Source: Antedon mediterranea (Eukaryota > Animalia > Echinodermata). Taken from it: a stretch of DNA of 64,000 nucleotides. This document shows positions 51,601 through 64,000 of this stretch, one piece after another (the stretch's first letter is position 1; every line of letters begins with the position of its first letter). The notes beneath the pieces are model-generated. The model made no database searches. It worked only from the letters and a program-made list of their open reading frames with translations, and had not been told where the DNA came from. The stretch spans positions 9,668,252 through 9,732,251 of the forward strand of contig NC_092678.1 in assembly GCF_964355755.1 (NCBI RefSeq), in the 5' to 3' direction. Position numbers and translations under genes: made by a program.

Positions 51601-54600
51601 CTCCTCAGTCACCTACTGGTTGGTGGCGTAATGGATAATGCTCAGGTTTGAGTTCTCTCAGTAGTGGGTTCGAACCTCTAGGGATTTTTTTTTTTAAATT
51701 GAAAATAAATATTGTTTTTGAAAGTGAGATATTTTGAGGGTTGTAACTGTCAGGCCTAAACAAGTGAACCTTTTTTAAAATCAGAAACAAAGTTGCATGG
51801 CACTATTTTTCATTGATTTATTATTAATTTCATATAAATAGACTATTATCAGCTCTTCAGTCATCTACCGGTTTGTAGCGTAACTGGTAGTGCTCAGGTT
51901 TGAGTTCTCGCAGTGGTGGGTTCGAACCTCAACGAATATTTTTTATTTATTTTTTTTTTTATTGAAAATAAATATTGTTTTTGAAAGTGAGATATTTTTA
52001 GGGTTGTAAATGTCAGGCCTAAACAAGTGAACCTTTTTTTAAATCAGAAACAAAGTTGCATGGCATTATTTTTCATTGATTGATCATTCATTTCATATAA
52101 ATAGACTATTATCAGCTCTTCAGTCATCTACTGGTTTGTGGCGTAACGGGTAATGCTCAGTTTTGAGTGCTCTGAGTAGTGGGTCGAACCTCTAGGGATA
52201 TTTTTTTTCTTTTTTTTTTTAAATTGAAAATAAATATGGTTTTTGAAAGTGAGATATTTTGAGGGTTGTAAATGTCAGGCCTAAACAAGTGGACCTTTTT
52301 TAAAATCAGAAACAAATTTGCATGGCATTATTTTTCATTGATTAATCATTCATTTCATATAAATAGACTATTATCAGCTCTTCAGTCATCTACTGGTTTG
52401 TGGCGTAACGGGTAATGCTCAAGTTTGAGTGCTCTCACTAGTGGGTTCGAACCTCTACGGATATTTTGTTTCTTTTTTTTTTTTATTTAAAATAAATATT
52501 GTTTTTGAAAGTGAGATATTTTGAGGGTTGTAAATGTCAGGCCTAAACAAGTGAACCTTTTTTAAAATCAGAAACAAAGTTGCATTGCATTATTTTTCAT
52601 TGATTTATTATTAATTTCATATAAATAGAGTATTATCAGCTCTTCAGTGATCTACTGGTTTGAGGCGTAACGGGTAATGCTCAGGTTTGAGTTCTCGCAG
52701 TAGTGGGTTCGAACCTCTACGAATATTTTTTTTTTTTTTTTTTTTTTATTGAATATAAATATTGTTTTTGAAAGTGAGATATTTTGAGGGTTGTAAATGT
52801 CAGGCCTAAACAAGTGGACCTTTTTTAAAATCAGAAACAAAGTTGCATGGCATTATTTTTCATTGATTTATTATTTATTTCATATAAATAGAGTATTATC
52901 AGCTCTTCAGTCATCTACTGGTTTGTGGCGTAACGGGTAATGCTCAAGTTTGAGTGCTCTCACTAGTGGATTCGAACCTCTACGGATATTTTGTTTCTTT
53001 TTTTTTTATTTAAAATAAATATTGTTTTTGAAAGTGAGATATTTTGAGGGTTGTAAATGTCAGGCCTAAACAAGTGAACCTTTTTTAAAATCAGAAACAA
53101 AGTTGCATGGTATTATTTTTCATTGATTTATTATTAATTTCATATAAATAGAGTATTATCAGCTCTTCAGTCATCTACTGGTTTGAGGCGTAACGGGTAA
53201 TGCTCAGGTTTGAGTTCTCGCAGTAGTGGGTTCCAACCTCTAGGGATATTGCTTTTTTTTCTTATTGAAAATAAATATTTTTTTTGAAAATGAGATATTT
53301 TTTAGGGTTGTGAATGTCAGGCCTAAACAAATGGATATTTTTTAAAATCAGAAACAAAGTTGCATGGCATTATTTTTCATTGATTGATCATTCATTTCAT
53401 ATAAATAGACTATTATCAGCTCTTCAGTCATCTACTGGTTTGTGGCGTTACGGATAATGCTCAGGTTTGAGTGCTCTGAGTAGTGGGTCGAACCTCTAGG
53501 GATATTTTTTTTCTTTTTTTTTTAAATTGAAAATAAATATGGATTTTGAAAGTGAGATATTTTGAGGGTTGTAAATGTCAGGCCTAAACAAGTGGACCTT
53601 TTTTAAAATCAGAAACAAAGTTGCATGGCATTATTTTTCATTGATTTATTATTTATTTCATATAAATAGAGTATTGTCAGCTCTTCAGTCATCTACTGGT
53701 TTGTGGCGTAACGGGTAATGCTCAAGTTTGAGTGCTCTCACTAGTGGGTTCGAACCTCTACGGATATTTTGTTTCTTTTTTTTTTTTTAATTAAAATAAA
53801 TATTGTTTTTGAAAGTGAGATGTTTTGAGGGTTGTAAATGTCAGGCCCAAACAAGTGGACCTTTTTTAAAATCAGAAACAAAGTTGCATGGCATTATTTT
53901 TCATTGATTTATTATTAGTTTCATATAAATAGAGTATTATCAGCTCTTCAGTTATCTACTGGTTTGTGGCGTAACGGGTAATGCTCAAGTTTGAGTGTTC
54001 TCACTAGTGGGTTCGAACCTCTACTGATATTTTATTTCTTTTTTTTTTTAATTGAAAAAATATTGTTTTTGAAAGTGAGATATTTTGAGGGTTGTAAATG
54101 TCAGGCCAAAACAAGTGAACCTTTTTTAAAATCAGAAACAAAGTTGCATGGCATTATTTTTCATTGATTGATCATTCATTTCATATAAATAGACTATTAT
54201 CAGCTCCTCAGTCACCTACTGGTTGGTGGCGTAACGGATAATGCTCAGGTTTGAGTTCTCTCAGTAGTGGGTTCGAACCTCTAGGGATTTTTTTTTTTAA
54301 ATTGAAAATAAATATTGTTTTTGAAAGTGAGATATTTTGAGGGTTGTAAATGTCAGGCCTAAACAAGTGAACCTTTTTTAAAATCAGAAACAAAGTTGCA
54401 TGGCACTATTTTTCATTGATTTATTATTAATTTCATATAAATAGACTATTATCAGCTCTTCAGTCATCTACTGGTTTGTAGCGTAACTGGTAGTGCTCAG
54501 GTTTGAGTTCTCGCAGTGGTGGGTTCGAACCTCTACGAATTTTTTTTTTCTTTTTTTTTAATTTAAAATAAATATGGTTTTTGAAAGTGAGATAGTTTGA

Positions 54601-57600
54601 GGGTTGTAAATGTCAGGCCTAAACAAGTGGACCTTTTTTAAAATCAGAAACAAAGTTACATGGCATTATTTTTCATTGATTTATTATTTATTTCATATAA
54701 ATAGAGTATTATCAGCTCTTCAGTCATCTACTGGTTTGTGGCGTAACGGGTAATGCTCAAGTTTGAGTGCTCTCACTAGTGGGTTCGAACCTCTACTGAT
54801 ATTTTATTTCTTTTTTTTTTTAATTGAAAAAATATTGTTTTTGAAAGTGAAATATTTTGAGGGTTGTAAATGTCAGGCCAAAACAAGTGAACCTTTTTTA
54901 AAATCAGAAACAAAGTTGCATGGCATTATTTTTCATTGATTGATCATTCATTTCATATAAATAGACTATTATCAGTTCCTCAGTCACCTACTGGTTGGTG
55001 GCGTAACGGATAATGCTCAGGTTTGAGTTCTCTCAGTAGTGGGTTCGAACCTCTAGAGATTTTTTTTTTTAAATTGGAAATAAATATTGTTTTTGAAAGT
55101 GAGATATTTTTAGGGTTGTAAATGTCAGGCCTAAACAAGTGAACCTTTTTTTAAATCAGAAACAAAGTTGCATGGCATTATTTTTCATTGATTGATCATT
55201 CATTTCATATAAATAGACTATTATCAGCTCTTCAGTCATCTACTGGTTTGTGGCGTAATGGGTAATGCTCAGTTTTGAGAGCTCTGAGTACTGGGTCGAA
55301 CCTCTAGGGATATTTTTTTTCTTTTTTTTTTAAATTGAAAATAAATATGGTTTTTGAAAGTGAGATATTTTGAGGGTTGTAAATATCAGGCCTAAACAAG
55401 TGGACCTTTTTTAAAATCAGAAACAAAGTTGCATGGCATTATTTTTCATTGATTTATTATTTATTTTATATAAATAGAGTATTATCAGCTCTTCAGTCAT
55501 CTACTGGTTTGTGGCGTAACGGGTAATGCTCAAGTTTGAGTGCTCTCACTAGTGGGTTCGAACCTCTACAGATATTTTTTTTTTTTTTTTTTATTTAAAA
55601 TAAATATTGTTTTTGAAAGTGAGATTTTTTGAGGGTTGTAAATGTCAGGCCTAAACAAGTGAACCTTTTTTAAAATCAGAAACAAAGTTGCATTGCATTA
55701 TTTTTCATTGATTTATTATTAATTTCATATAAATAGAGTATTATCAGCTCTTCAGTCATCTACTGGTTTGAGGCGTAACGGGTAATGCTCAGGTTTGAGT
55801 TCTCGCAGTCGTGGGTTCGAATCTCTACGAATATTTTTTATTTATTTTTTTTTTTTATTGAAAATAAATATTGTTTTTGAAAGTGAGATATTTTGAGGGT
55901 TGTAAATGTCAGGCCTAAACAAGTGGACCTTTTTTAAAATCAGAAACAAAGTTGTATGTCAATATTTTTCATTGATTTATTATTTATTTCATATAAATAG
56001 AGTATTATCAGCTCTTCAGTCATCTACTGGTTTGTGGCGTAACGGGTAATGCTCAAGTTTGAGTGCTCTCACTAGTGGGTTCGAACCTCTACGGATATTT
56101 TTTTTTTTTTTTTTATTTAAAATAAATATTGTTTTTGAAAGTGAGATATTTTGAGGGTTGTAAATGTCAGGCCTAAACAAGTGAACCTTTTTTAAAATCA
56201 GAAACAAAGTTGCATGGCATTATTTTTCATTGATTTATTATTAATTTCATATAAATAGAGTATTATCAGCTCTTCAGTCATCTACTGGTTTGAGGCGTAA
56301 CGGGTAATGCTCAGGTTTGAGTTCTCGCAGTAGTGGGTTCGAACCTCTAGGGATATTGCTTTTTTTTTTCTTATTGAAAATAAATATTTTTTTTGAAAAT
56401 GAGATAGTTTGAGGGTTGTAAATGTCAGGCCTAAACAAGTGGACCTTTTTTAAAATCAGAAACAAAGTTGCATGGCTTTATTTTTCTTTGATTTATTATT
56501 TATTTCATATAAATAGACTATTATCAGCTCTTCAGTTATCTACTGGTTTGTGGCGTAACGGGTAATACCCAGGTTTGAGTGCTCTCAGTAGCGGGTTCCA
56601 ACCTCTAGGGATATTGCTTTTTTTTTTCTTATTGAAAATAAATATTTTTTTTGAAAATGAGATATTTTTTAGGGTTGTAAATGTCAGGCCTAAACAAATG
56701 GATCTTTTTTAAAATCAGAAACAAAGTTGCATGGCATTATTTTTCATTGATTGATAATTCATTTCATATAAATAGACTATTACCAGCTCTTCAGTCATCT
56801 ACTGGTTTGTGGCGTAACCGGTAGTGCTCAGGTTTGAGTTCTCGCAGTAGAAGGTTCGAACCTCTACGAATATTTTTTTTCTTTTTTTTTACATTGAAAA
56901 TAAATATGGTTTTTGAAAGTGAGATATTTTTAGGGTTGTAAATGTCAGGCCTAAACAAGTGAACCTTTTTTTAAATCAGAAACAAAGTTGCATGGCATTA
57001 TTTTTCATTGATTGATCATTCATTTCATATAAATAGACTATTATCAGCTCTTCAGTCATCTACTGGTTTGTGGCGTAACGGGTAATGCTCAGTTTTGAGT
57101 GCTCTGAGTACTGGGTCGAACCTCTAGGGATATTTTTTTTCTTTTTTTTTTAAATTGAAAATAAATATGGTTTTTGAAAGTGAGATATTTTGAGGGTTGT
57201 AAATATCAGGCCTAAACAAGTGGACCTTTTTTAAAATCAGAAACAAAGTTGCATGGCATTATTTTTCATTGATTGATCATCCATTTCATATAAATAGACT
57301 ATTATCAGCTCTTCAGTCATAAAATGGTTTGCGGCGAACGGGTAATGCTCAGGTTTGAGTGATTTCAATAGTGGGTTCGAACCTATACGGGTATTTTTTT
57401 TCTTTCTTTTTTTATTTGAAAATAAATATTGTTTTTGAAGGTGAGATATTTTGAGGGTTGTAAATGTCAGGCCTAAACAAGTGAACCTTTTTTAAAATCA
57501 GAAACAAAGTTGCATGGCATTATTTTTCATTGATTTATTATTCATTTCATATAAATAGAGTATTATCAGCTCTTCAGTCATCTACTGGTTTGAGGCGTAA

Positions 57601-60600
57601 CGGGTAATGCTCAAGTTTTAGTGCTCGCAGTAGTGGGTTCGAACCTCTAGGGATATTTCTTTTCTTTTTTTTTTATTGAAAATAAATATTTTTTTTGAAG
57701 GTGAGATATTTTGAGGGTTGTAAATGACAGGCCTAAACAAATGAACCTTTTTTAAAATCAGAAACAAAGTTGCATGGCGTTATTTTTCATTGATTGATCA
57801 TTAATTTCATATAAATAGACTATTATCAGCTCTTCAGTCATCTACTGGTTTGTGGCGTAACCGGTAGTGCTCAGGTTTGAGTTCTCGCAGTAGTGGGTTC
57901 GAACCTCTACGAATATTTTTTTTCTTTTTTTTTAATTGAAAATAATATTGTTTTTGAAAGTGAGATAGTTTGAGGGTTGTAAATGTCAGGCCTAAACAAG
58001 TGAACCTTTTTTAAAATCAGAAACAAAGTTGCATGGCATTATTTTTCATTGCTTTATTATTCATTTCATATAAATAGACTATTATCAGCTCTTGAGTTAT
58101 CTACTGTTTTGTGGCGTAAAGGGTAATACCCAGGTTTGAGTGCTCTCAGTAGCGGGTTCCAACCTCTAGGGATATTACTTTTTTTTTCTTATTGAAAATA
58201 AATATTTTTTTTGAAAATGAGATTTTTTTTAGGGTTGTGAATGTCAGGCCTAAACAAGTGGACCTTTTTAAAAATCAGAAACAAAGTTGCATGGCATTAT
58301 TTTTCATTGATTTATTATTTATTTCATATAAATAGAGTATTATCAGCGCTCTTCAGTCATCTACTGGTTTGTCGTGTAACGGGTAATGCTCAAATTTGAG
58401 TGCTCTCACTAGTGCGTTCGAACCTCTACGGATATTTTGTTTTTTTTTTTTTTTTATTTAAAATAAATATTGTTTTTGAAAGTGAAATATTTTGAGGGTT
58501 GTAAATGTCAGGCCTAAACAAGTGAACCTTTTTTAAAATCAGAAACAAAGTTGCATGGCATTATTTTTCATTGATTTATTATTAATTTCATATAAATAGA
58601 CTATTATCAGCTCTTCAGTCATCTACTGGTTTGTAGCGTAACTGGTAGTGCTCAGGTTTGAGTTCTCTCAGTAGTGGGTTCGAACCTCTAGGGATTTTTT
58701 TTTTAAATTGAAAATAAATATTGTTTTTGAAAGTGAGATATTTTTAGGGTTGTAAATGTCAGGCCTAAACAAGTGAACCTTTTTTTAAATCAGAAACAAA
58801 GTTGCATGGCCTTATTTTTCATTGATTGATCATTCATTTCATATAAATAGACTATTATCAGCTCTTCAGTCATCTACTGGTTTGTGGCGTAACGGGTAAT
58901 GCTCAGTTTTGAGTGCTCTGAGTAGTGGGTCGAACCTCTAGGGATATTTTTTTTCTTTTTTTTTAAATTGAAAATAAATTTGGTTTTTGAAAGTGAGATA
59001 TTTTGAGGGTTGTAAATGTCAGGCCTAAACAAGTGGATCTTTTTTTAAATCAGAAACAAAGTTGCATGGCATTATTTTTCATTGATTGATCATTCATTTC
59101 ATATAAATAGACTATTATCAGCTCTTCAGTCATCTACTGGTTTGTGGCGTAACGGGTAATGCTCAGGTTTGAGTGCTCTAAGTAGTGGGTCGAACCTCTA
59201 GGGATATTTTTTTTCTTTTTTTTAAAATTGAAAATAAATATGGTTTTTGAAAGTGAGATATTTTGAGGGTTGTAAATATCAGGCCTAAACAAGTGGACCT
59301 TTTTTAAAATCAGAAACAAAGTTGCATGGCATTATTTTTCATTGATTTATTATTTATTTCATATAAATAGAGTATTATCAGCTCTTCAGTCATCTACTGG
59401 TGTGTGGCGTAACGGGTAATGCTCAAGTTTAAGTGCTCTCACTAGTGGGTTCGAACCTCTACGGATATTTTGTTTCTTTTTTTTTATTTAAAATAAATAT
59501 TGTTTTTGAAAGTGAGATATTTTGAGGGTTGTAAATGTCAGGCCTGAACAAGTGAACCTTTTTTAAAATCAGAAACAAAGTTGCATTGCATTATTTTTCA
59601 TTGATTTATTATTAATTTCATATAAATAGAGTATTATCAGCTCTTCAGTCATCTACTGGTTTGAGGCGTAACAGGTAATGCTCAGGTTTGAGTTCTCGCA
59701 GTAGTGGGTTCGAACCTCTACGAATATTTTTATTTTTTTTTTTTATTGAAAATAAATATTGTTTTTGAAAGTGAGATATTTTGAGGGTTGTAAATGTCAG
59801 GCCTAAACAAGTGGACCTTTTTTAAAATCAGAAACAAAGTTGCATGGCATTATTTTTCATTGATTTATTATTTATTTCATATAAATAGAGTATTATCAGC
59901 TCTTCAGTCATCTACTGGTTTGTGGCGTAACGGGTAATGCTCAAGTTTGAGTGCTCTCACTAGTGGGTTCGAACCTCTACGGATATTTTGTTTCTTTTTT
60001 TTTTTTTTTTTTAAATAAATATTGTTTTTGAAAGTGAGATATTTTGAGGGTTGTAAATGTCAGGCCTAAACAAGTGAACCTTTTTTAAAATCAGAAACAA
60101 AGTTGCATGGCATTATTTTTCATTGATTTATTATTAATTTCATATAAATAGACTATTATCAGCTCTTCAGTCATCTACTGGTTTGTAGCGTAACTGGTAG
60201 TGCTCAGGTTTGAGTTCTCGCAGTGCTGGGTTCGAACCTCTACGAATATTTTTTTTCTTTTTTTTTTAAATTTAAAATAAATATGGTTTTTGAAAGTGAG
60301 ATAGTTTGAGGGTTGTAAATGTCAGGCCTAAACAAGTGGACCTTTTTTAAAATCAGAAACAAAGTTGCATGGCATTATTTTTCATTGATTTATTATTTAT
60401 TTCATATAAATAGAGTATTATCAGCTCTTCAGTCATCTACTGGTTTGTGGCGTAACGGGTAATGCTCAAGTTTGAGTGCTTTCACTAGTGGGTTCGAACC
60501 TCTACTGATATTTTATTTCTTTTTTTTTTTTTTAATTGAAAAAATATTGTTTTTGAAAGTGAGATATTTTGAGGGTTGTAAATGTCAGGCCAAAACAAGT

Positions 60601-61952
60601 TAACCTTTTTTAAAATCAGAAACAAAGTTGCATGGCATTATTTTTCATTGATTGATCATTCATTTCATATAAATAGACTATTATCAGCTCCTCAGTCACC
60701 TACTGGTTGGTGGCGTAACGGATAATGCTCAGGTTTGAGTTCTCTCAGTAGTGGGTTCGAACCTCTAGGATTTTTTTTTTAAAATTTGAAAATAAATATT
60801 GTTTTTGAAAGTGAGATATTTTTAGGGTTGTAAATGTCAGGCCTAAACAAGTGAACCTTTTTTTAAATCAGAAACAAAGTTGCATGGCATTATTTTTCAT
60901 TGATTGATCATTCATTTCATATAAATAGACTATTATCAGCTCCTCAGTCACCTACTGGTTGGTGGCGTAACGGATAATGCTCAGGTTTGAGTTCTCTCAG
61001 TAGTGGGTTCGAACCTCTGGGATTTTTTTTTTTAAATTGAAAATAAATATTGTTTTTGAAAGTGAGATATTTTTAGGGTTGTAAATGTCAGGCCTAAACA
61101 AGTGAACCTTTTTTTAAATTAGAAACAAAGTTGCATGGCATTATTTTTCATTGATTGATCATTCATTTCATATAAATAGACTATTATCAGCTCTTCAGTC
61201 ATCTACTGGTTTGTGGCGTAACGGGTAATGCTCAGGTTTGAGTGCTCTGAGTAGTGGGTCGAACCTCTAGGGATATTTTTTTTCTTTTTTTTTTAAATTG
61301 AAAATAAATATGGTTTTTGAAAGTGAGATATTTTGAGGGTTGTAAATATCAGGCCTAAACAAGTGGACCTTTTTAAAAATCAGAAACAAAGTTGCATGGC
61401 ATTATTTTTCATTGATTTATTATTTATTTCATATAAATAGAGTATTATCAGCTCTTCAGTCATCTACTGGTTTGTGGCGTAACGGGTAATGCTCAAGTTT
61501 GAGTGCTCTCACTAGTGGGTTCGAACCTCTACGGATATTTTGTTTCTTTTTTTTTTATTATTTAAAATAAATATTGTTTTTGAAAGTGAGATATTGTGAG
61601 GGTTGTAAATGTCAGGCCTAAACAAGTGAACCTTTTTTAAAATCAGAAACAAAGTTGCATGGCATTATTTTTCATTGATTTATTATTTATTTCATATAAA
61701 TAGAGTATTATCAGCTCTTCAGTCATCTACTGGTTTGTGGCGTAACGGGTAATGCTCAAGTTTGAGTGCTCTCACTAGTGGGTTCGAACCTCTACGGATA
61801 TTTTGTTTCTTTTTTTTTTTTTATTTAAAATAAATATTGTTTTTGAAAGTGAGATATTTTGAGGGTTGTAAATGTCAGGCCTAAACAAGTGAACCTTTTT
61901 TAAAATCAGAAACAAAGTTGCATTGCATTATTTTTCATTGATTTATTATTAA
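9660..61952 (+). repeat. ~260-bp tandem satellite, tRNA-derived (main segment, ~200 monomers)
   Basis: The same monomer continues in one orientation to 61952, where ...ATTTATTATTAA switches to a different repeat. Copy number is estimated from length divided by period. Confidence 0.97.
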
Positions 61953-63310
61953 ATGCGATTTGAAGCTTTTCCAAGCACTTTGCTGTTTTTATGTTACCAA
62001 GCTTTTTCGAAAATCACAAGATGGTCTAAAACGTCTCCAAATGCGATTTGAAGATATTCTGAGCACTTTGGTGTTTTAATGTTAAAAAGTTTTTTCGAAA
62101 ATCACAAAATGGTCTAAAACGTCTCCAAATGCGATTTGAAGCTATTCTGTACACTTTGATGTTTTGTGTGAAAAAGTTTTGTCAAAATGCTCAAAATGAT
62201 CTAAAACGTTTTTAAAACGATATTAAGCTATTTTGTGCTCTTTGATGTTTTTGTATAACCAAGTTTTTTCGAAAATCACAAAATGGTCTAAAACGTCTCC
62301 AAATGCGATTTGAAGCTTTTCCAAGCACTTTGCTGTTTTTATGTTAACAAGTTTTTTCGAAAATCACAAAATGGTCTAAAACGTCTCCAAATGCGATTTG
62401 AAGATATTCTGAGCACTTTGGTGTTTTTATGTTAAAAAGTTTTTTCGAAAATCACAAAATGGTCTAAAACGTCTCCAAATGCGATTTGAAGCTATTCCGT
62501 ACACTTTGATGTTTTGTGTGAAAAAGTTTTGTCGAAATGCTCAAAATGGTCTAAAACGTTTTTAAAACGATATTAAGCTATTTTGTGCTCTTTGATGTTT
62601 TTGTGTAACCAAGTTTCATCGAAATGAACAAAATGGTCTAAAACGTCTCCAAATGCGATTTGAAGCTTTTCCAAGCACTTTGCTGTTTTTATGTTAACAA
62701 GTTTTTTCGAAAATCACAAAATGGTCTAAAACGTCTCAAAATGCGATTTGAAGGTATTCTGAGCACTTTGGTGTTTTTGTGTGAAAAGTTTTAACGAAAT
62801 GCTCAAAATGGTCTAAAACGGTTCTAATGTGATTTTAAGCACTTTGATGTTTTTGTATAACCAAGTTTCATCGAAATGCACAAAATGGTCTAAAACGTCT
62901 CCAAATGCGATTTAAAGCTATTCTGACACTTTGATGTTTTGTGTGAAAAAGTTTTCTCGAAATGCTCAAAATGGTCTAAAACGTTTTCCAATACCATATT
63001 AAGCTATTTTGTGCAATTTGATGTTTTTGTGTAACCAAGTTTTTTGAAATGCGATTTGAAGATATTCTGAGCACTTTGGTGGTTTTATGTTCAAAAGTTT
63101 TTTCGAAAATCACAAAATGGTCTAAAACGTCTCCAAATGCGATTTGAAGATATTCTGAGCACTTTGGTGTTTTTATGTTAAAAAAGTTTTTTCGAAAATC
63201 ACAAAATGGTCTAAAACGTCTCCAAATGCGATTTGAAGCTATTCTGTACACTTTGATGTTTTGTGTGAAAAAAGTTTTGTCGAAATCCTCAAAATGGTCT
63301 AAAACGTTTT
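61951..63310. repeat. ~88-bp tandem repeat (~15 units) with a 350-bp 4-mer higher-order period
   Basis: The unit AAATGCGATTTGAAG...CACTTTG...TTTTCGAAAATCACAAAATGGTCTAAAACGTCTCC starts at 61951, 62039 and 62127. The GCTTTTCCAAG variant recurs at 61951, 62301 and 62651. Confidence 0.93.
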
Positions 63311-63355
63311 TAGTCACGTGGAAGCGACTCTATAGTTCACTATGTCGGTCGGTCG

Positions 63356-63386
<31 letters not shown>

Positions 63387-64000
63387 GGTCTGTATGTCGG
63401 TCTGTCTGTCGGTCTGTCTGTCTGTCTGTCGGTCCGGTATCACTATGCGTTTTATCGCTTTATGACCTTATCTTGATATCAGTTTAATCTAGCTAAGTCA
63501 ATTTTTCACAGAATATTCCTTATGGCCAGCAATCGATGTGGTTATGTTTTCACGGTGCGCAATAAAAAATTACGCGGTCTACGCACGATTTAACGAAATC
63601 ACGTTTGTAATCATATCTTAACAACCATGAATCACAATTAAATAAAATTTGGTACTCATAAATTTCAGGGCATAAATCATCATATGGCAATACAATTAAG
63701 TGCGTAGCGCATGTAACGCATGCGTAAGCGCGCTTAAAATTTTCAAAATTTATTTTCGATGAAATAAGAGTACGTTTCAGGCAATTTTAAGCGTTTACAA
63801 AATTGCCATGAGTGCGCAGATTTTTGCGCGCGCACTGATTGCGCACTCTTCTTGCCCGATTTCTGTTTTCTTGACTTACTTTTAAACTCGAAATGACGTT
63901 ATACGAGCACGTCAAAAGTGACAGGCTACGCAAGTGTAAATTAAAAAAATATAAATGTTTTTAAACAATTCAACATTTTTAAACATGTTCAGTAATTTCG
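63311..64000 (+). mobile_element. Probable non-autonomous Helentron/DINE-1-like (HINE) element, 5' part; runs off the window
   Basis: Starts in a T-run (TTTTT-AGTCAC). Has a short imperfect inverted repeat AGTCAC...GCGACT (63312-63329), then a GTCY-type microsatellite, then degenerate ATATCTT...AAATTTGGTA core-like blocks. The 3' hairpin is not visible in the window. Confidence 0.6.
63344..63434 (+). repeat. (GTCT/GTCG)n tetranucleotide microsatellite
   Basis: Read directly: GTCGGTCGGTCGGTCTGTCTGTCTGTCT... Confidence 0.95.

Noticed and set aside
1512-59319. Dozens of 60-79 aa minus-strand ORFs (MFLILKKVHLFRPDIYNPQN...)
   Set aside because: They are translations of the satellite monomer. They mostly lack a true ATG start, contain poly-K from the T-tract, and change frame with homopolymer length.
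1-61952. CRISPR-like array
   Set aside because: The whole 260-bp unit is repeated with no unique spacers, there are no cas genes, and the context is eukaryotic.
62976-63465. 113-aa and 96-aa ORFs near the window end
   Set aside because: They are translations of the 88-bp repeat and the GTCT microsatellite (LSVC repeats).

Overview
This is eukaryotic (probably metazoan) AT-rich repetitive DNA with no host protein-coding gene. About 56 kb (1-3670 and 9660-~61952) is a head-to-tail array of a ~260-bp monomer, roughly 215 copies by length estimate. Each monomer has the layout of a small RNA polymerase III gene on the + strand: upstream TATAAA, A-box, tRNA-spaced B-box (GGTTCGAACC) and an oligo-dT tract. 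It therefore looks like a tRNA-derived satellite, with variant monomer families and multi-kb higher-order duplications. An apparently intact, very recent Gmr1-like Ty3/gypsy LTR retrotransposon is inserted at 3671-9659. It has 460-bp LTRs identical by eye, an AACA target-site duplication, a tRNA-Leu PBS, a PPT, and one 1502-aa ORF in the order SCAN-like Gag, CCHC, PR, IN, RT, RNase H. An unrelated ~137-bp insert (2243-2379) sits within 1-2 bp of the same monomer position, about 70 bp upstream of the tRNA-like body, which suggests Pol III-unit-associated targeting or fragility. The array ends abruptly in an 88-bp satellite with a 350-bp 4-mer higher-order repeat. That satellite is interrupted at ~63311 by a probable non-autonomous Helentron/DINE-1-like element. 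The many short minus-strand ORFs are artefacts of the satellite.
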